DNA of 63,892 nucleotides, the filler included, from Dirinaria sp. TL-2023a (Eukaryota): the NCBI GenBank assembly GCA_051941275.1. It is 28 parts of 28 records of this genome, joined end to end, with 100 filler letters (N's around TTAATTAATTAA, not from the genome) between each part and the next. Parts side by side here need not be neighbours in the genome. Positions count along the whole stretch, not along the records: positions 50,467 to 52,623 come from JAVEBF010002371.1; positions 52,724 to 54,880 come from JAVEBF010002372.1; positions 54,981 to 57,136 come from JAVEBF010002373.1; positions 57,237 to 59,391 come from JAVEBF010002374.1; positions 59,492 to 61,643 come from JAVEBF010002375.1; positions 61,744 to 63,892 come from JAVEBF010002376.1; 22 more parts are not named here. One strand, given 5' to 3'. Below, in pieces: positions 50,367-62,535 of this stretch. The notes under the pieces were generated by a model that was given only the letters and a program-made list of their open reading frames with translations, ran no database searches and was not told where the DNA came from. Within the stretch, counting starts at the first letter, position 1. Every line of letters starts with the position of its first letter. Position numbers and translations under genes: made by a program.

Positions 50367-52723
50367 NNNNNNNNNNNNNNNNNNNNNNNNNNNNNNNNNN
50401 NNNNNNNNNNTTAATTAATTAANNNNNNNNNNNNNNNNNNNNNNNNNNNNNNNNNNNNNNNNNNNNAGGTCAAGGAAAAAAAAGTGGTAAAACGCAAACT
50501 AATTCACAAATTCTAAACGATGAAAAAAAAAAATCGAAATGAAAATCAGCGAAAAAATTTTCATCGTTTTAGTTCAAAACTGAAAATATGCGATGGTATC
50601 CAAGAAATATTGGAAAAGGTTTGCAAGAGGACGATCGAGCGGGCAATTAGTATTGGGAAGTAGAGAATAGAAGATTCTCAGAGAGGAAATTCGCGAACGA
50701 ATACGAATTCATCTTCTGATGAGTTTGATATTCGAGACTTTTGTTATTTTGATACAAGTGTTAAGCTGATGATCAGCCCTTGTGGAAAGTGGCGACAATG
50801 CCGCCTGCGTCGGTCCTACCAGTCGGAAGAGGAGGCTGCCCGCTTCCTAATGATGTACTACCGTCAAGTTTCCCAATTACATCAATTCCTAAAGCTAGGA
50901 TTTTTTTGGGTCCGTTCTAAAAGTGAACTTTTCTCATGAGCTCTTCAAGCCTTTTTTCGCTATCATACGTATACCTTGCAGAACAAGCGTGGCGAGATAA
51001 TAGACTCAGGCATTGTCCTTCCAACCTATATAACCTCTTTCAAACCCATCATTTGAATTCCCGCAACTTCCATATACCCTCCCTTGAAGTAAACCGAATC
51101 CACTTCTAGGCATCACATTATTTCGAAACAATTTGATTAGACCCCAGCAATCGAGTCTTTTTCTAAAGCCGAGAATATCAACCCGTTGTGTTCTGCAACA
51201 TTCAGTACGCAGTCAGAATGACCATTCAATGCCCGAGCTTTTGACTTTAGTCAAGCTTTACGTATGTTGCGCGTTTAGATGAACGCTCATTCCCCTCTGA
51301 ATTAGTTTCACCCGCTGTATATGGACTGCTTTCAAGAGTTGAGCCTCTCAGTGAGAGTGAATGGGAATAATTCGCCTCCATCGAAACATATGGAATATCA
51401 CGGGTCCGGCGGGATACTTTGGTGATGTATCATCATGGCTGCTACTAAAACGAAAATCTTGTTATATACACAGGTAAATAATAGAAAGGCGAGGTGAAAG
51501 TTTTACGATATTACAAATCAATTCTCCACTTTGCGCAATCTAGAGCTCGTAAGCAAGTTTCATCAGAAATTTAATAGGGTCATTTAACGAATTCCAATAG
51601 CCATACCTTTCAGTAGCTTTTCCAAAGAATACAATTCACAAACGTCTAGCCTTTTTCAAAAGTTCGACGAGATCAAGATACTTCTTTTCAGTTGAGATGT
51701 GTTTAACTGAGCGTTCTGAGATGATGTCTCTTTCTGCCATTAAGAAGAAAAACCTGCGATTCTTTACGTGGAAGAGGAGATAAAGAACCATTATTTACAA
51801 CCATCCTCGTATGTTCAGGGATACGAACCATACACCACTCCCAGCCACTTCAATAGTCGTCTTGGTGTCTCGTTTTCGAAGATAGAAGAAACTTCAGATC
51901 ATTACGGCTTGTAAAGACTCAATGATCTTGGGATACGATGTTCAAAAAGCGTGGAGCAACTTCTCTAAAAGCCGCGTGTTAGTTGGTACAAGCAACGAGT
52001 TTTTGAAAAGATCGGATGATCGAATGGTTTTTGGCCAATCCGGACTTGTTACAAAATTATCGACATCAGATTAAATCACAAGAAAACCAAAACCAAACTT
52101 CTAACTCAAATCTTCAGTAACAAGTAATCACTCGGTACGACTGTCTTATAACGAATCAGTCAATTTCCCAGCATCGCCTACAAACTTTCAATTTCACTTC
52201 AGAACCATCTTCCCAAAGATCCAGAATCTAGATCCATCATATCTAACGAGTCATAACCCGCGGCATTGTTCGGGAACTCTGGCTGGATGAAGAAAAACCC
52301 GTATCACGATTTCTCGGGAGACGAAGAACTGTCTCAAGTGGTCGTGATACGTACACAAAAGCTAAGAACTACATATATAGCATTCCATGGAATTCCATCT
52401 AAATGAACGCAACCGATGAATAATGACTCAGTGACAATTTTCGCACGCTGCAATTTCCGCATTCTCTCGCGCGCTCTGTTGCGCTATATATCTCTTTTTA
52501 ATAACGATTTTTTTTTCCCGATGATTTTGGAAGACTTGATTTTTGCACAGTCGTTTCTCCATTTTGTAACACGATTTGATGGAACTAGTGTTATTGATTA
52601 TGAGCTGAAGAACACGCGTCAAANNNNNNNNNNNNNNNNNNNNNNNNNNNNNNNNNNNNNNNNNNNNTTAATTAATTAANNNNNNNNNNNNNNNNNNNNN
52701 NNNNNNNNNNNNNNNNNNNNNNN

Positions 52724-53136
52724 CGCGGCCTGCGGGTGCTGGTGCTGGGAGGGGGGGAGGAGCGCAATGGATGCCTGGCAGCGAGATGGGGACCGAGACT
52801 GGGTTTGGAGGAGGAGGAGGAAGAGGTACGGTTACGCATAATTCCACACGGAGCAGCCAGGGCCCTGGTACTACGGCTACGCATCATTCCACACGGAGCC
52901 ATGGCTCTGGTACTCGTACTCAAAGCAGCCGCGGTGGGTTTGGCTCTGGTACTCAAAGCAGCCACGGTGGTTTTGGCTCGACGGGACATGGTGGCACTGG
53001 GAGCAGCAGCCATCATAGTGAAGCGACTGTGGGCCGAGGTCGGGGAAGGGGAAGGGGAAGGGGTAGAGGGCATCAGGGGAGCAGAGTCACGAGGGGCGCT
53101 GCGACGATGGCTAATGATAGTGAGAATGAGGATTAG
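52724..53136 (+). CDS. C-terminal part of a Gly/Ser/His/Arg-rich disordered protein, 5'-truncated
   Basis: Frame is open from the contig start, with internal repeats (HNSTRS/HHSTRS; GSGTQSSxGGF), an RG tract and the end MANDSENED*. Confidence 0.55.
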
Positions 53137-54188
53137 AGGTTTTGGGAGAGAGATTGCTTGGTGAAAGGGAAATTTTTCTGGAGGTAGACCATGTTTTAAA
53201 TTATGAATTGAAGATGTATGTGGTCATGGGTTTGATCTAGCTCTTTTTTGAAGTGACTGTTCGAAAGGGGTTTTAGTGCAGTTGATAGGGTTTGGGAGTG
53301 GAGAAGTAATCGACTGTTCTTATGGAAAAAAAGAGAAAGAATTACCTGTGGATTCACATAGGTTCCCAGTGCCGCCAAACCACGCTACTCTATTGACGCA
53401 TTGCCCTTCCCACTACATACTTATTTTTCCATGGTATTGAATCTGATCCGCTGGATGCCTCGGATTTTCAGTAGATTCGTTTCTCTGCTCTGATAGAGTG
53501 TGAGGTCTAAGCAAAGACGGTTTAGCGAAGTAACGATGGACTGATTCACCACAGAAGTACCACCGGCAAATAGGCAAAACGTTCAATGTTAAAGACGTTT
53601 GAAAATAATACAAAAGAGACATGAATAGATGTAAACGAGTATTGAGGAGGGCGATGGGGCATCAGAATGAAGGTGAACCCGAGAAATACTTTCATGAATT
53701 CAAATCATGAGCGGCGTTGTCTGGAAATTAGGGACTTCATTACCCAGTCCTGAATCTTTTTCCACACCGTAACTAATTTCTTTTTTTCCCACCTACATCA
53801 ATTTAATTGTATTCGTTTTCTTCTGGAGTACTTCCGGAGGGCTTCATTATTCTTATTCCTTGCTATGATTATAGTGTACTTTTCTTCATAACAGAACCTT
53901 TCTGGGATGTGAATCGACAGATTGTTTGCACAAGACCCCAAAACGATAGACTCTTAGTCATGGACATCAATGACTTTCAGAACTTCAATGAACTGGCTGT
54001 TACCATGTAGACCTTCCAAATCTCTTCGTTTGTGACTGTCAGGAACATTTGGAAACGCAATGCTATCAGTCATCCGCATCGTAGCTCTTTAAGTATCGCT
54101 CGCTGCTCTAGCTGTCAAGTTGTTGCTCCTGCTAAGAGATCAACTCCCACACAATTCTAAGTGCTATACCTTACACTAGCAAATCAGT

Positions 54189-54880
54189 ATGGGCAGCTGT
54201 ATGTCCAAGCCCAAGGAGCCATCACCCACAGAGAAAGAATATCATGCTATATGCAAGGCTACCGGCGTGAGACCTTACGACCACCCACTGGAGTTGGACA
54301 TGATTCCACCAGAGTTCGTGGGCGGGCTTATTTGGAATGGGCACCCGGATGCGAACCTGAATAATAACCAGAATTATGACCCGGATCTGCACCCTTGGAT
54401 GATGCAAGGGCAACCGGGAGCCGGGGGTCGGGGACGAGGAGTGGGCTTCAATAATGCGGGGATGGGTGCACATACGCAAGGCGCCGGCATGGGAAGAGGT
54501 GCAGGAAGAGGAAGTGTCCAAGGAAGCCATCATCCAGCCAGTCATGCCGGGGGCGGTTTCGGTATCCCCAGTCACCATGGGCTTTCTTCGAGCGCAAGCA
54601 CACATGGACCGCATGCACAGTCACACATCCACTCGACACACGCTTCTAACCATTGGAGCCAGCATCCCTCGTTAATGAGTAGCGAACAGGCCAGCCATCG
54701 CTCGGGTCAGCAGCAGCGGAGTAGGGGCAGCCGAAGCACACGACAAAGCACCCGGCAATCGACTCATCATTCGGATACTGATCCAGGGAGCGAGTACAGA
54801 AGCAGATACAGGCCTACTGAAGAAGCTGGCACACAAGCCTCTTCGCATCGCTCCTCGCAACGTACTGCGACCCATACTTC
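54189..54880 (+). CDS. Gly/Ser/His-rich protein with an N-terminal MGxCxS acylation motif, 3'-truncated
   Basis: MGSCMSK start, a short ordered segment, then an RG- and His/Ser-rich low-complexity region. Confidence 0.65.
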
Positions 54881-54980
54881 NNNNNNNNNNNNNNNNNNNN
54901 NNNNNNNNNNNNNNNNNNNNNNNNTTAATTAATTAANNNNNNNNNNNNNNNNNNNNNNNNNNNNNNNNNNNNNNNNNNNN

Positions 54981-56698
54981 GACGATCAGCCGTCTTTCGA
55001 TCAAGAAGACTTACGAGAACAACAGCTTACATATATGTTCTCTCCGGCTACGTGGTTAACGAAGCTTGGCCTTAATCAAGGCTTTCATGTCAGCCTCCTC
55101 AGTTCGTCCATTAAAGGATGGAAGTTTGCACTGAACACCTTTCGTGTCGTACCCGATAATTCTCTGGTCTTCAAATACTGTGAAGCCGGAGACTTGGATG
55201 CTGTCAGGCTTTTGCTCACGAGAGGTGGAGCATCAGTCAAGGACGTTGATTCTTTTGGAAGGACGGCGCTCCATGTTAGTTAAAAGACTGCTTTGCGTTC
55301 ACCTGAACCCTCAATAGTCTAATGTTATTGACGTCTGTCCCTAGGTAGCCGCAGGCAATCTTCACCCAAGGCTTTGCAAGTTTCTTGTGAATGCTGGAGC
55401 TGAGACAACCATACGTGACCACAATTCTCGGTCAGTACTATACTACAGCTGTTCGAATCTAAAGAGCCATTACTGATTCAACGCTCAGGACCATCCTCCA
55501 TGGTATTACTCATTTAGGCTACTACGGGTGGATGGAAGCACATAGCGTTTCAGGCTCTGACACGCTCGAAGTCAGGATCATTGACACGCTTCGCATATTC
55601 ATCGAATACGCGGATTTTTCAGGTACAAATTCTGATGGCTGGAACACGCTATCAGCTCTTGCTTGTCATTTGCATGGTCTTACAGGTCATGTTCGAGACA
55701 GCATGTCTGCAGTTGTACTCTGGGCGCTTTCGCAATGCTCTTACGATATCAAGACTAATTTTGACGGCGAAAAAAGTTCATCCTTCTTAGATTGCGCAGT
55801 CGGTGAACAGTCACAAGATATTTGTCGTTCGTTTCTGAGACTCGGTCCTGATGATGCCATCGATTGTCGCGTCTCTCCCGGTGGATGGTCTTATCTTTTG
55901 CGGGCGATAGCTTGGGCTAGGGATTTGAGCTGGTTCCTAGAATTCAATCCAAATCTTCATCTCAGTGGCCGTGGTGTGATGGTATGTGACTCCGAGGAAT
56001 CTCCCACGTCTCTGTCCATGTACTCTTCGCAAGCTTTTGCGAAGTGGCGAAACTACCTCCAACGTTCACAAGTGGACATCTGTGAATTTATCAGGTGCGA
56101 ACTGGTGCAAGGCCCCTTGGCAGAGCGAGGTTGGGATTTCGACACACTACAAAGACTCTTTCGATGGGACTTTGAACAACAATATGACGCGACGGATCAA
56201 AGTTGCTGCTGCGATTGCCATCACCATCGCCATCATTCCCTGGGAATTCAAATACAACCATACTGGCTAAAGCAGCTTGACGAGCTCAAGCAAGGCATTG
56301 ATGTGCAATACCAGCCCACGGTCAGTATAGGAGCCGATCAAGGCTCGAGCGCCGGTATCGGCGACTCGCAGCTTGAAATACCAAACGAAACATCGGAATT
56401 CTGCAATTTCAGGGCTCAACACGGAGACAATCAATTACCAGCCAATGCTACATCCACCTTACAGACTGAGAATGACACTGCGCAGTCAGCCACTGAGTTT
56501 CCTACAGCAAGCACCACTAGTGAGTCATGCGCATATGGGAGAAACAAACTGTTGCATTTGCAGTGTTGGCTCTCCTACCAACGGAACGGTCGCCGGCATG
56601 AACGGTCTTCACACGTATGGCCCTCCTGGGAGACAGAATCGTCAGATACCGACGAATGCTCAGAGGATGAATTCTCGCCTTTTCATATCCACACCTGA
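54981..56698 (+). CDS. Ankyrin-repeat protein, 5'-truncated; introns 55275..55344 and 55431..55488
   Basis: VFKYCEAGDLDAVRLLL..ASVKDVDSFGRTALH|VAAG..LCKFLVNAGA; splicing joins in frame to the 388-aa ORF. Confidence 0.8.
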
Positions 56699-58254
56699 AA
56701 TTCGAGCAGGCGGTAATTCTACGCATGAGCTCAATGCATGAGCTCCCCTGATACGAGAATCAGAACAATGACAACACACTGTTTGCTACGGCTACGTCCG
56801 GAACGCTTACTGACTATTCAATTGTGCATTTTGGGACGGCATCACCACACACGATTCGAATGCCGCATGGTTAAGGAAAAAGGGGGTCTCTTTCCTTCTT
56901 GACATCTATGTTTTAGAGCGAGTGAGTGCCGGGCATTAGGAGAGTGTTCATGGATCGAGAGTTGCCTTTGCGCGGGTTAGAAGGGTCAGTCACTCAATCC
57001 CCTCCTCAAAATCTTCGAAGACTAAAGATCTTCACGCCCTTGAATTTTTCGACTTTCTTTTGAACCAGGTGACGTACAGTATGCCCGTTTCTTTGGGCCT
57101 ATTTGATCGATCATCTGAAAAACATCGACATAGAGTNNNNNNNNNNNNNNNNNNNNNNNNNNNNNNNNNNNNNNNNNNNNTTAATTAATTAANNNNNNNN
57201 NNNNNNNNNNNNNNNNNNNNNNNNNNNNNNNNNNNNATGATGTGCAGCGGCATCGCGGGAATAGATTAAGGGGTTTTCCATCACACACACACAGAGTAAT
57301 TCATGTGGTACATGAAAAATCTCTTTTTTTTTTTCTTCCCTAGCTCCTTTGTCTTGCCATGGGTTAGGACAGGATCCATAGTGTTCTCTGGAACAGTGTC
57401 TAGACATGCACATACTGAACTGTGCAAAGAATGATAGAAGGATACTCATAGAGAACAAGCAAACTCCTGATTCCAGAGTCTTCAAATGTTTCAAAGTAGC
57501 CTCCTCTCTGTGTCAAAACCAAAGGAACAAAGGTGTCCAGTAGATTAGTAGATGAAACCCACTTACCATTGTCAAAGAGTATCACACAAACCATTCCCAC
57601 CCTGTGCTAAGAATATCTCGGCGCAGACAGGTGTACATCTCAGCGCGGCCCACAATTCCAAATTCCGAATCCCCGTCAAAAGGGGGTAGAGGTATATCTC
57701 AGCGCGGTGTACATCTCGGCGCAGCCTACCCCTTCCACCCTTAAAAACTGGCGCTGATCTTGTTTACTTCTTTCTTCTCTTCCTCTCCCTTTCTCTCTTA
57801 CACTGCCACGATCACCCACCTTTTTCTGGCCTTCTTTTCTCATCTCTTCTTTTTTCCTTCTCGGCCTCTTCGCCTTCTCCGATCCCTGACAAGGGTAGGG
57901 GATTTTCGTGTGATCATGGAGGGATAGGTTCGCTTTGTCGAACCATCCCTTCGCTCTTCTTGGGTAGCCAGGGGTGGGCGGCCTCCTAGCTAGGGAGACC
58001 GAGTCTCTGGGCTCCTCCCCAATAGCAGGGGGGACCGGCGTCCTGGGAAAAGCCTGTCCCTACGCTCTTCCCTGAGAGGAGGAGGGAACGGCCTCCTGGC
58101 CAGGGGAAACCCCATCCCTACCTTCCTCCCCGACGGGAAGATAGCGGAGGGGCGGCGCACCGCCGCCGATAATGGCTCCTCTCCCACCAGAGGAGGGAGG
58201 GTCCTACTTGGAAGATCCTGGTAATCGCTCCTCCCTGAGCAGAGGAAACAAGTC

Positions 58255-58600
58255 GTATGTAGATGATCCTGACACTGTCGATGCTCTCGCTCACTGCATG
58301 TAGGAAGAGCCCGTCTTTCCGCTTCTTCCCCGAGAGAAGGGGGGAACGGGGGGATGTTGAGGACCCGGACAATTGCTCCTCCTTGAGAAGAGAAGCGCTC
58401 GTATGTAGAAGATGACGCTCACATTGTCAGTATACCGCTAACTGAATCTAGGAGGCGCGTCCCTACGCTTCTTCCCCGAGAGAAGGGGGAAACGGAGGGA
58501 TGTTGAAGACCCAGACAATTGCTCCTCCCTGAGGAGAGAAGCGGTCGTACGTAGAAGAAACCTCTATCACAGTCAATGCTCTCGCTCACTGGACGCAAAA
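58255..58600 (+). repeat. Tandem 146-bp units, each an intron-like plus exon-like block
   Basis: GTAYGT at 58255, 58401 and 58547; acceptors TAG at 58303 and 58451; similar sequence between them. Confidence 0.75.
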
Positions 58601-58767
58601 TGCAAGGTTGTTGCTGTCTGACAATATCCTTCTCCACAAGAGGGAAGGGTTCCTTCCAGTGGCCGACCGTTTATTTCAATGATCCGCTGTGTCAAGCAAA
58701 TTCTGTCTAGCGGCGCCTCGCCTCGTCGAGTAAAGCTCAAGGCTCGTGCGCTTGTCCAGAACACATA

Positions 58768-59391
58768 GTATGGCAACCATCCCTCTTCCTGCCAACGCCT
58801 GACTAAAGGTTTCCAGTGCATCATCGAAGAAGGCCAGGTCGTCCCAGCTGATGCCCGTCTAATCTGTGACTATGATAACCCAGAGGCCTTTGCCGAATAC
58901 AAGGCTCTGATGGAGCAGGAGACTGGCGAAGACGGATCAACCGAAAAAAAAGGAAGAAGAAGAAGAAAGGCCCCAAGAGGACAAATCCACCTTCTCGTCG
59001 CAAGAAGAAGGGACCGCAGCATCTTCTACCCCCTCAATGGTGGAAAGCCAAATGGATGTTGTAAGTGAAACTCCTTTAGCCATCCCTCTCCCTGCCAAAA
59101 CCTGACTAAAAATTTTCAGTGGATTATGTCTGCTGGCAGCGTTGGTATGACTTATACCCGCCTGATCTGCGATTATGATAATCCAGAGGCCTTCGCTGAA
59201 TACAAGGCTCTGACGGAGCAGGAGACTGGCGGAGACGGATCAACGGAAAAAAAGGAAGAAGAAGAGATCGGGGGGGACGGATCAACGGAAAAAAAGGAAG
59301 AAGAAGAGAACAGAGACGAGTCCATCGAGAAAAAGGAAGAAGAAGAGAGCGGAGACGAATCAACCGAAAAGGAAGAAGAAGAAGAAGAAGA
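58768..59391 (+). repeat. Duplicated intron+exon cassette (~293-300 bp) encoding RLICDYDNPEAFAEYKAL, followed by 39-42-bp acidic repeats
   Basis: Introns 58768..58816 and 59061..59119 share sequence and the exons are homologous. GDGSTEKKEEEE-like units occur four times from 59231. Confidence 0.8.
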
Positions 59392-60018
59392 NNNNNNNNN
59401 NNNNNNNNNNNNNNNNNNNNNNNNNNNNNNNNNNNTTAATTAATTAANNNNNNNNNNNNNNNNNNNNNNNNNNNNNNNNNNNNNNNNNNNNTCGTAAGAC
59501 ATTTGTCACTAAGAAGTTGACAGACGCATTTCGGTATCATGAGCATAAGATACTATCGACGGGTGATGTGAACCCCCTTTTTTTTTTTTTTTTGAAAATG
59601 TTTGAGTGACAATGAAGAAATTGTGATGAATCCCTAACCCTAACCCCTTTTCTACACCTAAAGTAAAGATAAAGGTAAGGGGTGAAAATCGATTGGTCTT
59701 TGAGAGGAGTAATCATTGGATTGCATGAGAAAAACCCCCGTGTGCAGTCACATGATCAAAGGTATTCGAAGCAAAAATTTTTTGTGTCTTTTTTCAAATT
59801 CTTAGGTTCGTTTTCATGCATACGGTAGGCTTTCCTTATCATCGGCAGTAAGGTATGGTGATGGTGTTCCCCCTTTCCCCATCTACCATGAATTGTTTCC
59901 AGCAGATCCAACTGATGCTTGACTTGTTATTTTGGGGGTTCGTTACTCTGGTTACCATCTCATCGTGTTAGGCGTTTTCGTAACATTCATCAGTTAGCAA
60001 AAAGCTCCCCGCTCTCTC

Positions 60019-61172
60019 TCATGAAAGCGTCTTGATCCTCTGTCCGCCTTCCCACGCATCACCCGCTTCGAGGGTGTTCCACGCACCGACGCTCCCCGCC
60101 TCGACGCATATCATGTTTTTATATCCATCCTCGGGCCCGAAGTCGGCCATGCCTTTCGACTTCTCGATCCACGGGTTCCACACCACGATATCGGCTAGCA
60201 TGTCGCGAGTCACCTCAAACCGACCTGAACCTTGTTCGGAGACCGTGATTGGCTGATCTGGAGGAGCGTTGTATACGCGATCGACTTCTGAGCTGATGGC
60301 GAGGGGCTCCTTTGCGGCCGCGGCTTCACCGCCTTTGACCTTGTCTTTGAAGGATGCGTTTTCTAGTCCGCCCACAGAGACTGCGGAGATGTCCTAGCAC
60401 ACGCACAAACAATTAGAATTCGCGTTCATCATTGACTCTCTCTCTCTCTCCTAAAAAGGTCATATGCGACCCGTGGCCTGAGAAGAGGTTCAAACTTACG
60501 TCGACCTTCAGATACGTGTGGAATAAGACCTGGAAGTCGTAATTCGAGGTGCCCGTGTTTCTGACCACGAGACTCGTCTCGAGATCCTTGGGGCTCAGTG
60601 TCACGGAATAAGTCAGGGCGAACTGGTAAGGCCATTTGGCATCGCCGATCATGGTGTCTGAAAGGCCGAAATCCAGTTTGACGGAGGAGTCCCCACTGCT
60701 GTTGGGCAGAGTCGAAGACTCGGAGGAGGTTTTGCCCAGATATTCCCAACGAGAGGTGCGTGCGAATCCGTGCTGAGGGAGGTTTCCAGTTGCATGGTCT
60801 TTGCTGGGTGGCCCGAATACCTGATAGATATTCAGCACAGTCACATTTTCCATTTTTCCAGTCTTCAAAATCCCCCAATGAGGGAAGAAGAGGGTGGGCG
60901 AAAAGCGGAGACGAACTCACAGGAAAGACCAGGGGAATGCCACCTCGCACAGGCTTCGATCCGTCCAGATGGGCTTTGGAGCTGAGGAAGAGGTTTTCTT
61001 TGCCATTTGCAGATGTCCAAGAAATGACCGTGGCACCATGAAGAAGGACCTCCACCCTCTCGCCGGTGGGCAAGCTTGCACTGACACGATCATTGTTGTC
61101 TGAAATGAAGACCTGAGGAGTCGGCAAGACTGGCGAGACTGGGATGGCCGAGGGTTTCTTTGAGCGCTCCAT
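60019..61172 (-). CDS. Glucose-6-phosphate 1-epimerase (hexose-6-phosphate mutarotase); introns 60821..60920 and 60394..60499
   Basis: LHGATVISW, LDGSKPVRGGIPLVFP|VFG, LPQHGFAR, LFHTYL, EVDRVY, VVWNPW and MICVEAG. Confidence 0.95.
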
Positions 61173-61743
61173 GGAGTAGTAGTAGTAAAAAGGGTACACA
61201 GGTAGCTTAGGTATTATTCCGGGACACGAGATCGGTAGTTGCACAAACAGGAAAGGGCTAGCAGAGGCGAAGAAGATGGCCAAGAAGGTTGGGGGGAGGG
61301 GGGAGGGGGCCGAGGTAGAGTAATGTATTAAGGAAGCAAGCAAGCAAGCAAGCAAGCAAGCGTGAAGGACAGCTTGCGAGTGGGCGAATGGAGTGTGAGA
61401 AGGAATGGAGGAATGGTGTGGGGTGAAGAAGGGAAGGAAGGTGGGAAAGAAGCGAGAGAGAGAGAGAGAAGCTGTCAAACAAATGATTATTACTGCAAGT
61501 CCCATCCATCCAGCAGCACCACTACTAGGTAAGGTATCTTACTACTACCACCGACCAGCACCACCACATCCTTGCTGACTACTTACAGTACTACTTTACT
61601 GGTGACAACGATGTAATCATAGTGGGGTGCCAGGGCCCAGGGGNNNNNNNNNNNNNNNNNNNNNNNNNNNNNNNNNNNNNNNNNNNNTTAATTAATTAAN
61701 NNNNNNNNNNNNNNNNNNNNNNNNNNNNNNNNNNNNNNNNNNN

Positions 61744-62244
61744 GGCCCCCCCTTTTCCATGTGCACCCTTCACGTCCTTAGATCCAGGCTTCAGGCTTTG
61801 CCCCTCGGGCACTGCAACTGCTCCATCTGCGCCTTCTGCTGGTTCAAGCTCGACCTTTTTTTCGGGCAAGGCGGCCATGGTTCTCCCACATGCCCCCAAA
61901 GCTGCCACTAATCTCCCCACCTCCGCCGCCTTGTCGGTCTTGTATTTCAGACACGCTCCCGAGACAGGATCGTAAGTTTTCAACGTGAGGAAAGCTTTAG
62001 GTTGTGCGGTTTGAGCAGGTTCCGTAGGTGCAGAGGATGGCGTGGTGGATTTACGGGCAGCAGGCGGAGAGACGGTGTATTTCGTTGTTATCCGCGTCTA
62101 TGAAGCATTAGCAAATTAGTAATGGTCGATAGGAGGCGGAGGATGAGGAAAGGTTGGGAGGGGTTTACAGACGGTTGTGGGTCGGGCTGAGAGGAGAAGT
62201 TGGGATTGCTGGAGCCAGGTCTGAGCGGAAGGGAAATAGGGCAT
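61744..62244 (-). CDS. SRP21: Signal recognition particle subunit SRP9/SRP21, 3'-truncated; intron 62098..62172
   Basis: MPYFPSAQTWLQQSQLLLSARPTT|TRITTKY...LTLKTYDPVSGACLKYKTDKAAEVGRL. Confidence 0.88.
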
Positions 62245-62535
62245 TCTTTCGGGTACTTGATGAGATGAGGAAGGCAGAGAGTCCGTGGCCAGCGTTTTTG
62301 GCGTAATTGACGACTAGGCTGATCAGATAAAATAGCCTGGAAGTTGAAGAAATAACAAATAAAGGTGCATTACCTAGGTAAGATGGTGGGGCGCTTGACG
62401 TCGCGCTTAGATATGATAAGGTTTCACCTTCATGCCCTTCAGCCTTCACTTCGCATTCGAATCTGCTTTTTGAATCTCATGAGTCTTCTAGTGTGGTGCT
62501 GGAATATGGGCCACTGATCGCTCACTAATCCCAAT

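Noticed and set aside
50467..52623. Protein-like fragments on the minus strand
   Set aside because: Too many stops and frameshifts and no recognisable motif.
59632..59646. CCCTAACCCTAACCC telomere-like motif
   Set aside because: Only 2.5 units and internal to the contig.
60429..61505. 358-aa ORF with a signal-peptide-like start
   Set aside because: It reads through a microsatellite-rich 5' region and an intron. The real gene starts at 61172 and is spliced.
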